Shown in pieces: positions 1-9,086 of a stretch of DNA of 64,000 nucleotides (position 1 is its first letter; each line of letters begins with the position of its first letter). The position numbers were made by a program, and so were the translations under genes. Below the pieces are notes generated by a model. That model was not told where the DNA came from. It saw only the letters and a list, made by a program, of their open reading frames with translations, and searched no databases. The DNA is from a bacterium (GTDB lineage: Bacteria; RBG-13-61-14; DATKZS01), in NCBI GenBank assembly GCA_963674965.2, contig CAXXFL010000002.1:1-64000 (forward strand), given 5' to 3'.

Positions 1-909
1 CGTTGAGCGAGGACGAGCGGCGCCGGGTGCTGGACGGACTCCACTCCGAGCGCTTTGCCGACAAGGCCCCCCGCGAGGTCTGGGCAACGCTCCTGGACGA
101 GGGGACATGGCTGTGCTCGGTCCGCACCATGTACCGCGTCCTCGACTCGGAAAAGGAAGTCAGGGAGCGGCGCAACCAGCTTCGGCATCCCCGATACAAA
201 AAACCCGAGTTGCTGGCCGAGGCCCCCAACCAGGTCTGGTCCTGGGACGTCACCAAGCTCAAGGGACCGGCCAAATGGACCTGCTACCAGCTCTACGTGA
301 TCATGGATATCTTCAGCCGCTGCGTGGTGGGCTGGATGATCGCCCGCCGCGAGAGCGCCGAGCTGGCCCGCCGCCTGATCGGGGACAGCATCCGAAAACA
401 GGAGATCGAGCCGGGACAACTCACAATCCACGCCGACCGGGGGAGTTCGATGAAATCAAAGCCGGTGGCCTTCTTGATGGCCGACCTGGGCGTGACCAAG
501 AGCCACTCGCGGCCCCACGTGTCCGACGACAACCCCTACTCGGAAAGCCAGTTCAAGACCATGAAGTACCGGCCCGAGTTCCCGAGCCGGTTCGGCTCCA
601 TCGAGGACGCCAGGGCCTTTTGCGTGAAGTTTTTCGATTGGTACAACCGCGAGCATCGGCACACCGGGATCGGCCTGATGACGCCCGAGATGGTCCATTA
701 CGGAATGGCGAGCGAGATCGTGGCCGCCCGGCAAAAAACGCTCGACCACGCCTATGAAAAAAACCCGGAGCGCTTCGTGAAAAGACCGCCGACGGCGCCG
801 GAGTTGCCCGGCAAAGCGTGGATCAACCCACCGGAGAAACCGGAGGAAACAAACAGTTTGCCACACTAAATTCAGGAAAGGCGTGTCTCATTTTGCTTGA
901 CACATTCCG
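1..909 (+). mobile_element. IS3-family element A, copy 1 (5' part outside window)
   Basis: Near-identical to the 3' part of the copy at 1961-3611; ends GTGTCTCATTTTGCTTGACACATTCCG. Confidence 0.95.
3..869 (+). CDS. IS3-family transposase OrfB (partial, rve DDE domain)
   Basis: PNQVWSWDVT, IHADRGS, DDNPYSESQFKT motifs. Confidence 0.93.
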   Translation: MSEDERRRVLDGLHSERFADKAPREVWATLLDEGTWLCSVRTMYRVLDSEKEVRERRNQLRHPRYKKPELLAEAPNQVWSWDVTKLKGPAKWTCYQLYVIMDIFSRCVVGWMIARRESAELARRLIGDSIRKQEIEPGQLTIHADRGSSMKSKPVAFLMADLGVTKSHSRPHVSDDNPYSESQFKTMKYRPEFPSRFGSIEDARAFCVKFFDWYNREHRHTGIGLMTPEMVHYGMASEIVAARQKTLDHAYEKNPERFVKRPPTAPELPGKAWINPPEKPEETNSLPH

Positions 910-1171
910 CCATGCTGCTTCCTGTGGCAAAGCTGGAGTGGCCAAATATCTAATATCAAAAGGAGCTGAAATTGATGCCCTAACTTCTAAAAGAGATACG
1001 CCGCTTAATCGTGCCATTTTCTGGGGACACATCGAAATGGTGAAAATACTATTGGAGAACGGCGCCGACCCGACAATCCGCAACGACAAAGGTAACAATG
1101 CTTTTGACATTGCGAAGAATCGTGGTGAACTTGAGATATTGGAATTGCTCAATAAATATGACGACCGTTGA
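910..1171 (+). pseudogene. Ankyrin-repeat protein, 3' fragment cut off by IS3-A copy 1
   Basis: HAASCGK..VAKYLISKGAEID, TPLNRAIFWGHIEMVKILLENGADPTIRND ankyrin consensus begins right at the IS end. Confidence 0.85.
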
Positions 1172-1178
1172 TGGGAGT

Positions 1179-1301
1179 TCTGGGGACAGAGTACTTAATT
1201 TATGAAAATCAACTGGGTTCTTCGACGATGAATATTGATGGAATATTTATAAACACCTCTCTAGCCGTAAATAAAGGCGAGATAAGTATGCTGTCCCCAG
1301 A
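1179..1301. repeat. Small inverted-repeat element (MITE/REP-like, GGGGACAG type)
   Basis: TCTGGGGACAGAGTACTTA (1179-1197) and TAAGTATGCTGTCCCCAGA (1283-1301) are 17/19 inverted matches. Confidence 0.6.
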
Positions 1302-2045
1302 TCTAAAACATGGACAGATGAAGAAATGGTTTAGGGATAAAAGACCAAAAAGGTAATAAATGCTATATGGTACCCGGCATGATTCGAGCTTTGCGAGACA
1401 ACACATTGCCATGTGAACGCCAGCAAAGTATTTGCTATTTGGTATTTACATATGTGGATGTGTCCTGGTTCAGCGGGAAATGGAGTACCCCCGCTTTTGC
1501 TAAGTGAGTACGGCCTTCGCACTCACCCTCAAGATTCCGCCCTTCGGGCGGGAGTTTTAAGAAGGCATTGGGGGTCTATCGTTTGATGAGTTTAGGCCGG
1601 GCGCTGAGGGTGTTCCCCAACGCCCTCTCATTAACGCGATGAGCCCCGCCGGGCTATCCCTCGGCGGGTTGCTCTCCAGCAGTGCCCGCCTCTGTTTCAC
1701 CCGGCAAGCTCAGGCTACTCCAACCGCCAACGCCATGTCAAGCCCGCCGCGTTCGACCATCCGCCGCCGCTTCCGCTCTTCCCGCGCCGCTTCCAGCTTC
1801 AGGTCCCGAGCCGCCCAAATCTCCGCCTCCCGGCCAGCCAGTTTGTCCGCCGGCGCAATGTAACCGATCGCGCTGTGCAACCGCACGTTGTTGTAATGCT
1901 CCACATACTCGCCCACGATCCGTTTGGCCTCATCCAAACTAAGCGGCGTCTTCGGACGGACCCTCTGTGCCAACGTAGATGAGACACTTCCCCTATGTTA
2001 AATTACTGTAGGGCGGGGGAGGTATTAGGATGTATAGAGAGATGG

Positions 2046-2558
2046 ATGAAGACAGGGATTGTTGGGGAGACGGAGGGAGCCCGTAGGGCGACCGGAGTCT
2101 CCCCAACCGGGACGGCCGAGCCGGAGGACACTCCTGCCAAGCGGCCCGAGCGGGTGGGGGCGCCGATCATTCTTCCCGAGCCGGAGGTCCCGGAAAAGCC
2201 CGCCCGGCGGCGCTTCACCGCGGCTTACAAGCTCGCAATCCTCGGGAAGGCCGACGCCTGCTCGGGGCATGGCGAGGTCGGCGCCCTGCTGCGCCGGGAG
2301 GGCCTTTATTCGTCGCACCTGACGGCCTGGCGCAAGCAGCGGGACGAGGGGGCCTTGAAAGCGCTTTCGCCCGTAAAGCGGGGCCGCAAGCCCAAGGCCA
2401 AAAACCCGCTGGCCGATGAAGTGGCCCGCCTCGAGCGCGAGAACGGGAAGCTCCAAAAGCGGCTCGAACAGGCCGAGATGATAATCGACTTCCAAAAAAA
2501 AGTTGCCGATCTGCTGGGGATACCCCTGGCCAAGCCGCCCGGCGAAGAGAGCGAATGA
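2046..2558 (+). CDS. IS3-A OrfA (HTH), N-terminus altered by the 11-bp deletion
   Basis: RRRFTAAYKLAIL..LLRREGLYSSHLTAWRKQ; start position uncertain. Confidence 0.8.
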   Translation: MKTGIVGETEGARRATGVSPTGTAEPEDTPAKRPERVGAPIILPEPEVPEKPARRRFTAAYKLAILGKADACSGHGEVGALLRREGLYSSHLTAWRKQRDEGALKALSPVKRGRKPKAKNPLADEVARLERENGKLQKRLEQAEMIIDFQKKVADLLGIPLAKPPGEESE

Positions 2559-3571
2559 TGGAATCGGCAAGCACGGCCGCTCCCCGGGTCGGCGCCAAGG
2601 CCGCCTGCGAGGCCCTGGGCCTGTCGCGAGCAACGTTTAATCGTCGCGCTAAAATTCCCTTCGGGCCTCCGCCGCCGAGGCGCGCGGCCAAGCCGGCAAG
2701 GTCGTTGAGCGAGGACGAGCGGCGCCGGGTGCTGGACGAACTCCACTCCGAGCGCTTTGCCGACAAGGCCCCCCGCGAGGTCTGGGCAACGCTCCTGGAC
2801 GAGGGGACATGGCTGTGCTCGGTCCGCACCATGTACCGCGTCCTCGACTCGGAAAAGGAAGTCAGGGAGCGGCGCAACCAGCTTCGGCATCCCCGATACA
2901 AAAAACCCGAGTTGCTGGCCGAGGCCCCCAACCAGGTCTGGTCCTGGGACGTCACCAAGCTCAAGGGACCGGCCAAATGGACCTGCTACCAGCTCTACGT
3001 GATCATGGATATCTTCAGCCGCTGCGTGGTGGGCTGGATGATCGCCCGCCGCGAGAGCGCCGAGCTGGCCCGCCGCCTGATCGGGGACAGCATCCGAAAA
3101 CAGGAGATCGAGCCGGGACAACTCACAATCCACGCCGACCGGGGGAGTTCGATGAAATCAAAGCCGGTGGCCTTCTTGATGGCCGACCTGGGCGTGACCA
3201 AGAGCCACTCGCGGCCCCACGTGTCCGACGACAACCCCTACTCGGAAAGCCAGTTCAAGACCATGAAGTACCGGCCCGAGTTCCCGAGCCGGTTCGGCTC
3301 CATCGAGGACGCCAGGGCCTTTTGCGTGAAGTTTTTCGATTGGTACAACCGCGAGCATCGGCACACCGGGATCGGCCTGATGACGCCCGAGATGGTCCAT
3401 TACGGAATGGCGAGCGAGATCGTGGCCGCCCGGCAAAAAACGCTCGACCACGCCTATGAAAAAAACCCGGAGCGCTTCGTGAAAAGACCGCCGACGGCGC
3501 CGGAGTTGCCCGGCAAAGCGTGGATCAACCCACCGGAGAAACCGGAGGAAACAAACAGTTTGCCACACTAA
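2555..3571 (+). CDS. IS3-A transposase OrfB
   Basis: rve DDE motifs; lies in the -1 frame relative to orfA, after an A8G slippery site. Confidence 0.93.
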   Translation: MMESASTAAPRVGAKAACEALGLSRATFNRRAKIPFGPPPPRRAAKPARSLSEDERRRVLDELHSERFADKAPREVWATLLDEGTWLCSVRTMYRVLDSEKEVRERRNQLRHPRYKKPELLAEAPNQVWSWDVTKLKGPAKWTCYQLYVIMDIFSRCVVGWMIARRESAELARRLIGDSIRKQEIEPGQLTIHADRGSSMKSKPVAFLMADLGVTKSHSRPHVSDDNPYSESQFKTMKYRPEFPSRFGSIEDARAFCVKFFDWYNREHRHTGIGLMTPEMVHYGMASEIVAARQKTLDHAYEKNPERFVKRPPTAPELPGKAWINPPEKPEETNSLPH

Positions 3572-4355
3572 ATTCAGGAAAGGCGTGTCTCATTTTGCTT
3601 GACACATTCCGGGATGCATTCCTTCTTCAGCGTTTGATACCACCGCTCCTTCTTGCCGTTGCTTTGCGGATAGTACGGCGAGGTCCGAACGTGCGTCATC
3701 CCGCTCACTCGGATGAACTCCTTGAAATCCCGGGCGATGAACTGCGGCCCATTGTCCGAGATGATGCGAGGCCGAGCAGCCGGATACTTCTCCTTCGCCC
3801 GCTCCAGGATCACTTCAACCTCCCACTCCTTCATGCTCTCTCGAATGTCCCAGTGGACCAGGTAGCGGCTTTGGCCGTCAATCACGCTGAACAGGTAATA
3901 AAACGTCCCGCAAATATTGATGTGGCTCACGTCAATGTGCCAGTGTTCATGCGGCCTTTCGGGCTGCTCGAAACCCGTGCCCTTCAGCGACGGCTGGCCC
4001 GAAAACCGACCCAGCAAACCCGCTTCCGACAGCACCCGGTAAACGCTCGCCGGAGACACGCATACCAGATTCTCATCAAGCATCATGAACGCCAGCCGGC
4101 GGTAACCCTCCAGCGGGTGATCGAAATGATAGCGGATGATCGCCTGCTTCTCCCAATCCAAAAGCCAATGGTCCCGAGGGACCTTGCCGTTGTGCTCGTT
4201 GGCCAGGCCGTAGCGCTTCTTCCAGTCGTAGTACTTCGAGCTCGATATCCCCAGCCAATCGATCAGACGGGCCGCCGGAAGCTCCGCGCGGGAAAGCCAG
4301 TAGCCGACGTAGTCAACCACCTCGTCCCGCGTGTCGGGGGGGACCCATGCGGCCC

Positions 4356-4664
4356 TCAGAGGTCCCCAAGCTCTTTTTTTAACTTGACGTGGTCCTCCAT
4401 CAGCTCTGAAATCACCTCGTCCTTCTTCCGAAGCTTGGCTTCCAGCGCCTCGATCCGCTCTGCCTCGCGCCGCTCCGGCCGGGAGGGCTGCCGTTCGAAG
4501 GCCGCCGCGCCGTTTTCAAAGAACTGCTTCTGCCAGTTGTAGAACTGGGTCGGCTGAATCCGCTCCTGCTCGCAAAGCTCCGACACTGCCACCTTGTCAA
4601 CCAGGTGCCGCCTCAGCACCCGAACCTTCTCCTCCGCCGTAAATCTTCTTCGTCTCCCTTCCAT
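4356..4664 (-). CDS. IS3-B OrfA (HTH_Tnp_1)
   Basis: RRRFTAEEKVRVLRRHL..FYNWQKQFFE; identical to 15038-15346. Confidence 0.92.
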   Translation of the reverse strand: MEGRRRRFTAEEKVRVLRRHLVDKVAVSELCEQERIQPTQFYNWQKQFFENGAAAFERQPSRPERREAERIEALEAKLRKKDEVISELMEDHVKLKKELGDL

Positions 4665-5070
4665 CGTCCCGCCTCCTTCTCGATATAACTATCCTCGCGG
4701 AGGCGTTCTCCATTTTCAACTGAGGCAGGACAGATGCACTTGAATGCTTATCGAAACAGGTGTCAAACATCGACAGCTACAAATGCAGTTCACAAGTGCT
4801 CCGGGCATAGCGAATGAGCTAATATGGTTGCTTTTACTACAATTTAGTAGTATGTTTTCATACGGCTGGAGGGGTTATAAACAGGGCAGGAAATGCACAA
4901 TTCTAAATATGCAAAATAAATGCAGGCTGTCCTCCGGACGATTTGAGTGATAACATTTTACCAAAGGGACGCAATTTGTAACGTGTTCTCAGAAGCGGAG
5001 AAAAAAATGTATGTAGCGGAAATAAAATTCACATTTTCCCCCAAGCTCGATCGAGATGATATTAATAATA

Positions 5071-6504
5071 CTGAACTTTAGAACTTTTTAGTCTGGTTTG
5101 CACGTATCGACATTAAGCAGCCTCCTTGAGGGGCGTAATTTCCTCTGGTTTGGGGTCGGAATGGAAAGCGGGAGAAATTCGCAAAGCCTTGTAGAAAGCG
5201 CGTCGGAGCCGACCGACGCTTGGGGGGCCGCTCGGGTCCCACCACGGTTCGGCCTCGATCTTTTCCGCCTCCGGGACGCAAAGGGCAAGCAGGCCCAAAA
5301 GGCCGTAGGCGACCAGGCAGAGGTTGGCGTGGCGCTTGATGGCCGTGAACGACCTCTGGCGATAGTCGCCGAAACCGCCCGCCGTCTTCACCTCCCGGAA
5401 CAACTCCTCGATCTTCCAGCGGCCCGAATACGTTTCCAGCGCCCGCTCCGGCTTCATCTCGACGTCGGTGGTGAAAAACACGTTCATTTTTTTGCCGGAG
5501 CGCCGGGGGAAAATGATGACGAGTATCGGCTTGTCGCCGAGGGTGGCGCTGGGGACCATCACCCCGACGAAGGCCTCGATGGTAACGGTCTTGCCGTAAA
5601 TCCTGGCCTTGATTTTTTCGCGCTTCGATCTTTTCAACCACAGTTGTTGGGGGCTGAACTTCTTGCCGCGCTTGGGCGGCCTTCCCGGACCATTCTTCCT
5701 TTTGGGGAGTTCGTAGAGCGCCGCGTTCGAGCGGAGGCGGCTGATCAGGACCACCTCTTTGCCGTCGAACTCGAGACCGGCCAACTTGGCCTTGGCGTAG
5801 AGGTTGTCCACCACCAGGACCAGTCTCCGAGCGGGCCAGGAGAACCTTTTTATCATCATGGCGGCCAACTCGATCTTGGTTTTGAACTCCCATCCCTTGG
5901 GGCAAAACTTTTCCTGGACGAAGAGCAGCGCCGAGAGGGGGAAGGCGAACCACTTGCCCCCGCGCTCCCATAGAAGCGCCATCACCACCCAGCAGTGGCC
6001 GAGCACCCGGCGCTTTTGATGGCCGGGGTTTTTGTCCGTCGGGTCCGGGTAATAGCCCAGACCGAAGAACTTCTTGCCCCATTTCTTGACCAGGGTGTCG
6101 TCGACGGCGACGACGATCTCGTCCATGATCTTGAGTCGTTGGGCCACCAGGTCGAGCAGGCATTGACTCACCTTTTGGCAGGACCACCGGCCCTTGCGCA
6201 TGAAAGCGTAGGGCGTGGTCCAGTGCATGACCCGGTGGACTTGGGTGAGGCGCATGACCTCGGTCACGCAGTGCTGGAGACCGAACAGCGCCGCGTGGGC
6301 GATAATGAAGGTCTGGAAGTGCTCGAACCCGGGCTTGGAGAAGCAGTTGACAAATACAAGCATCAGCGGCAACATAAGAGCTTGAGCGTTCATCAGCGTT
6401 CACTCCCGCGTTATGAGGGCCGATCACACCTCTCATTATACGGGAAAAACTGGTGAACGCTATTTTTACATGGTGGAACATGGCTAAAAAGTTCTAAAGT
6501 TCAG
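5071..6504 (-). mobile_element. IS4/IS701-like element, copy 1 (1434 bp)
   Basis: Terminal IR CTGAACTTTAGAACTTTTTAG; 8-bp duplication TAATAATA. Confidence 0.93.
5113..6393 (-). CDS. DDE transposase (IS4/IS701-like)
   Basis: VAVDDT, VVDNLY, YSGRWKIEELFREVK. Confidence 0.9.
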   Translation of the reverse strand: MNAQALMLPLMLVFVNCFSKPGFEHFQTFIIAHAALFGLQHCVTEVMRLTQVHRVMHWTTPYAFMRKGRWSCQKVSQCLLDLVAQRLKIMDEIVVAVDDTLVKKWGKKFFGLGYYPDPTDKNPGHQKRRVLGHCWVVMALLWERGGKWFAFPLSALLFVQEKFCPKGWEFKTKIELAAMMIKRFSWPARRLVLVVDNLYAKAKLAGLEFDGKEVVLISRLRSNAALYELPKRKNGPGRPPKRGKKFSPQQLWLKRSKREKIKARIYGKTVTIEAFVGVMVPSATLGDKPILVIIFPRRSGKKMNVFFTTDVEMKPERALETYSGRWKIEELFREVKTAGGFGDYRQRSFTAIKRHANLCLVAYGLLGLLALCVPEAEKIEAEPWWDPSGPPSVGRLRRAFYKALRISPAFHSDPKPEEITPLKEAA

Positions 6505-7329
6505 TAATAATAAAATAGACGATATATTGCGGGTATGGTCAACCAACGGACAAATAATTAGAAGTGACGTTCCTATAGTTTTCAAAACAAAAAGCTGTAC
6601 GGCATTTGCAATGGTACCGGAAGAAGATTCACTGAATCTCAAGTTCGCAAATAAGTATGTCAAGAGGGAACTAACAATTCTTAAACAGATAGGGCTACGA
6701 TTACATTTAGTAAAAATTCTCGGTGAGGAAGCGGAGCTAAGTAGTATTGACAGTTGTAAAAGTCCAACATGGCTTATCATGTGGCCTAGATATCTAGAAC
6801 CTCCACTTCGATGTGGCGATCATTTTCTACCTATCCCCTTGTATAGACTCTCCCCATCTAATAATGATGAGATATACTATGACGACATTTGCTTTTGGCA
6901 TGAAGCCTATAGAGCTTTCCATTACATCTGGACATATGGCACGGGAGAAAGATATGCATATCGCCAGCTTTCAAGCCTGAATAGTAAGCTTACAAAAGAA
7001 GGATTAAAAGTCAGGGAACGCATTGAGTCTTTAACTCGCACACCGACGTATTATTTTTTAGATCGTATTTATGGCAGAAGTTTAAAACAGGAAAAAGCAA
7101 GACGTTGTCCTTCTTGTGGAGGGGCATGGATACAGGAGGAACCAATTCATGGCAGGTTCCATTTTAAATGTGAAAAATGCAGGTTATTAAGCACCACTGC
7201 TGATTGGTTCTCATAAGGAGTGGAAAGGATAATAATTTATGCGCCGGTGGTTGACGCTCCCGCAGACTACAAGGACTACAACAGGTAACCCATCTATGAA
7301 AGCAAATTGTCAACCCTGGACGGTCTCAT

Positions 7330-7680
7330 CCTCCAGTTGCCAAAGCTTTTTCTTCTTTCCGTCTACCCTCCTTTACCCGAAAGAATCATGACCGGAGGAC
7401 CGAGCGGGCGAGGGACGGAGGGCGGGATTGTTTCGGGTCAATCCCATGACGGAAAGATGAAAAAGCGCCCCCCGGTCCGTGCCTCCCTCCAACCATCTAT
7501 TCGAGGTCAAGAGGTCGTAAGCCTCACGAATACGTTCGGTGTCCCGGCGTTGCTCCATACACATAGAAGGCCTTCGCGGCCACGGGTTACCAAGGAGTCG
7601 CCGAAAACTATTTTGGAGTGACACGGATTCTCGCGCCTCCTGGCCCGCCCTCAAGCCGGCCAAGTCACGGACGCGACCTC
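7330..7680 (-). ncRNA. Putative bridge/seek RNA of the IS1111-type element (ends approximate)
   Basis: Internal loop 7553-7597 carries GGTAACCCG and CTATGTG, matching both halves of the target; ATAGATG (7494-7500) matches the circle junction. Confidence 0.7.
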
Positions 7681-7686
7681 AACGAG

Positions 7687-8772
7687 TCAAACGGCCTCCT
7701 TGATCTTCCAGTAATACTTCCTCGTCTTGACCTTGCTCGTGGGCGTCACGTTGAGCTTGCCCGCGTCGAATTCCTCGCCGTCCAACATCATTCTCCACAT
7801 GACGCGGCAAAGCCGCTGGGCCACGCAGACCACCGCCTTCTTGTAACCCTGCCTCGCCGCCACCCGGGCGAAATACGGGTTGAGGGGGTGAGTGGGACGG
7901 CCCGCGTGATGGGCCGCCTCCACCAGCATCGAGCGGGCCTCCGAGGACCCGCGCTTGGTGATACGGCCGTGGACCACCCGGTCGCCGCTGTCCCAACTGG
8001 ACGGACAGAGTCCAAGGTAGCTTACCGCCTGGCCGCTCCGCTCGAACCGCCCGGCGTCGGCGATAACGGAAAGAAAGGTCGCCGCCGTCACCGGACCCAC
8101 GCCGGGGACGGTCTGGAGCAGGGGATAAGCATCGGCGAAATGGGCGCCCGCCTCCTTTTCGATTTTCTTGTTCAAGCGAGCGACTTCCTCCGAGACCTGA
8201 CGCCAGGTCCGAAAGTGCATCCGCAAAAGGTCGCGCTGGAAGGAGTCCGGGCAGGACTCCAGCGCCCGCTTCCAGCCTGAGGCGGTGTTCAGGCGGAAAG
8301 ACACTCGAACTCCCTCGCCCCGCAAAAGGGCCTTGGCCGAGTTGACCTGGGACGTCATTTGGCGGATGAAAAAACGGCGGCGGCCGAGCAGGGACCGCAG
8401 GCGGCGAACGGACCGGCCGGGCACGTAGACGCGGCTGACGTAAAGATCGCGGCGCAGACCGTCGCAAATCTCGAGGGCGTCGCGGCCGTCGCTCTTCTGG
8501 TTGGGGCGGAGCGACTTGGCCCGCACTTCGGCGGCGTTGATCACGTAAGGGTGAAACCCCAGCTCGGAGAGTTGCTCGCTGACCCAAAAGGACTGGGCCC
8601 CGCTCTCCAGGCCGGTCTTGATCCCGAGCTCGCCTCCGAGCCGGCCGAGAAGTTCCTCGAAGCCGGCGCGGTCGGTAGCCACGTCCCCCCGGGCGATTAT
8701 TTTTCCGTCCTCCTCCTGGGCCACGAACACCGTCCTCCTTGAATGCACGTCCAATCCGAGATAAGTTGTCAT
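7687..8772 (-). CDS. IS110-family DEDD recombinase/transposase
   Basis: YLGLDVHS, GLESG, KSDGRDA, TVPGVGPVTA, YLGLCPSSWDSG, GRITKRG; GGGAGG RBS before ATG at 8772. Confidence 0.95.
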   Translation of the reverse strand: MTTYLGLDVHSRRTVFVAQEEDGKIIARGDVATDRAGFEELLGRLGGELGIKTGLESGAQSFWVSEQLSELGFHPYVINAAEVRAKSLRPNQKSDGRDALEICDGLRRDLYVSRVYVPGRSVRRLRSLLGRRRFFIRQMTSQVNSAKALLRGEGVRVSFRLNTASGWKRALESCPDSFQRDLLRMHFRTWRQVSEEVARLNKKIEKEAGAHFADAYPLLQTVPGVGPVTAATFLSVIADAGRFERSGQAVSYLGLCPSSWDSGDRVVHGRITKRGSSEARSMLVEAAHHAGRPTHPLNPYFARVAARQGYKKAVVCVAQRLCRVMWRMMLDGEEFDAGKLNVTPTSKVKTRKYYWKIKEAV

Positions 8773-8904
8773 TGGGCTGTACCTCCCTTCATTTATTTGG
8801 GGCCCTGCATTGCAACCCCTTGGTTTACGGTTATACCTCAAACCGTCTTGGAGGACAGCCCGCTTTCATGTTTACACATTGCCCTCAGGCGTGAGACCTC
8901 CGGC

Positions 8905-9086
8905 GTAACCCATAGCTTTTGCTATGTGGGCGAGCATAGCGAGCAGGTCGCGTGGTACCAAGAATGGGGGTTGCCGCTCTCCCGCGGTTATGCTTGGAGA
9001 ATATGAAGTCGCGGGTCGGGTATTAAAGTTATACGCGCCGACCTGCTCCCTTCGGTCGCCCACATAGGCGAGCTATGTGGGTTACC
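8905..9086. repeat. Inverted pair of REP-like hairpin repeats (REPIN-like)
   Basis: GTAACC(CA)CATAG..CTATGTGGGCGA..GAGCAGGTCG at about 8905-8951 and its inverse at about 9033-9086. Confidence 0.65.

Larger units (their letters stand above)
1961..3611 (+). mobile_element. IS3-family element A, copy 2 (1651 bp; 11-bp deletion near orfA start)
   Basis: CCCTCTGTGCCAAC..TGACACATTCCG, flanked by GGA duplication. Confidence 0.95.
1710..4320 (-). pseudogene. IS3-B transposase OrfB split by nested IS
   Basis: Fragments 3612-4320 (..QTLKKECI) and 1710-1960 (RPKTPLSLDEA..) join to match 15382-16338. Confidence 0.92.
1461..4732 (-). mobile_element. IS3-family element B, copy 1, interrupted by IS3-A copy 2
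   Basis: TGTCCTG..CAGGACA ends, GATG 4-bp target duplication; removing the nested IS restores the 1618-bp element seen at 14970-16587. Confidence 0.95.
5007..7216 (+). pseudogene. DUF2310-like Zn-ribbon protein interrupted by IS
   Basis: MYVAEIKF..DINN|KIDDILRVWSTNGQI rejoins in frame across the IS; PIPLY, PTYYFL, CPSCGG..FHFKCEKCR motifs; GGAG RBS at 4997-5000. Confidence 0.8.
7293..8876 (-). mobile_element. IS110-family (IS1111-type) element
   Basis: Subterminal IRs ATGAAAGC (7296-7303)/GCTTTCAT (8862-8869); CA core at 7291-7292 and 8875-8876; outward-facing TTGACA at 7308-7313; long non-coding region downstream of the gene. Confidence 0.85.

Noticed and set aside
1367-4810. Short ORF MVPGMIRALRD.. 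rejoined across IS3-B copy 1
   Set aside because: Only about 55 codons, with no clear RBS or motif; cannot be supported as a gene
5078-6481. 467-aa and 291-aa ORFs overlapping the IS4-like transposase, and similar shadow ORFs in all ISs
   Set aside because: Alternative-frame or antisense shadows of GC-rich transposase genes with no recognisable motifs
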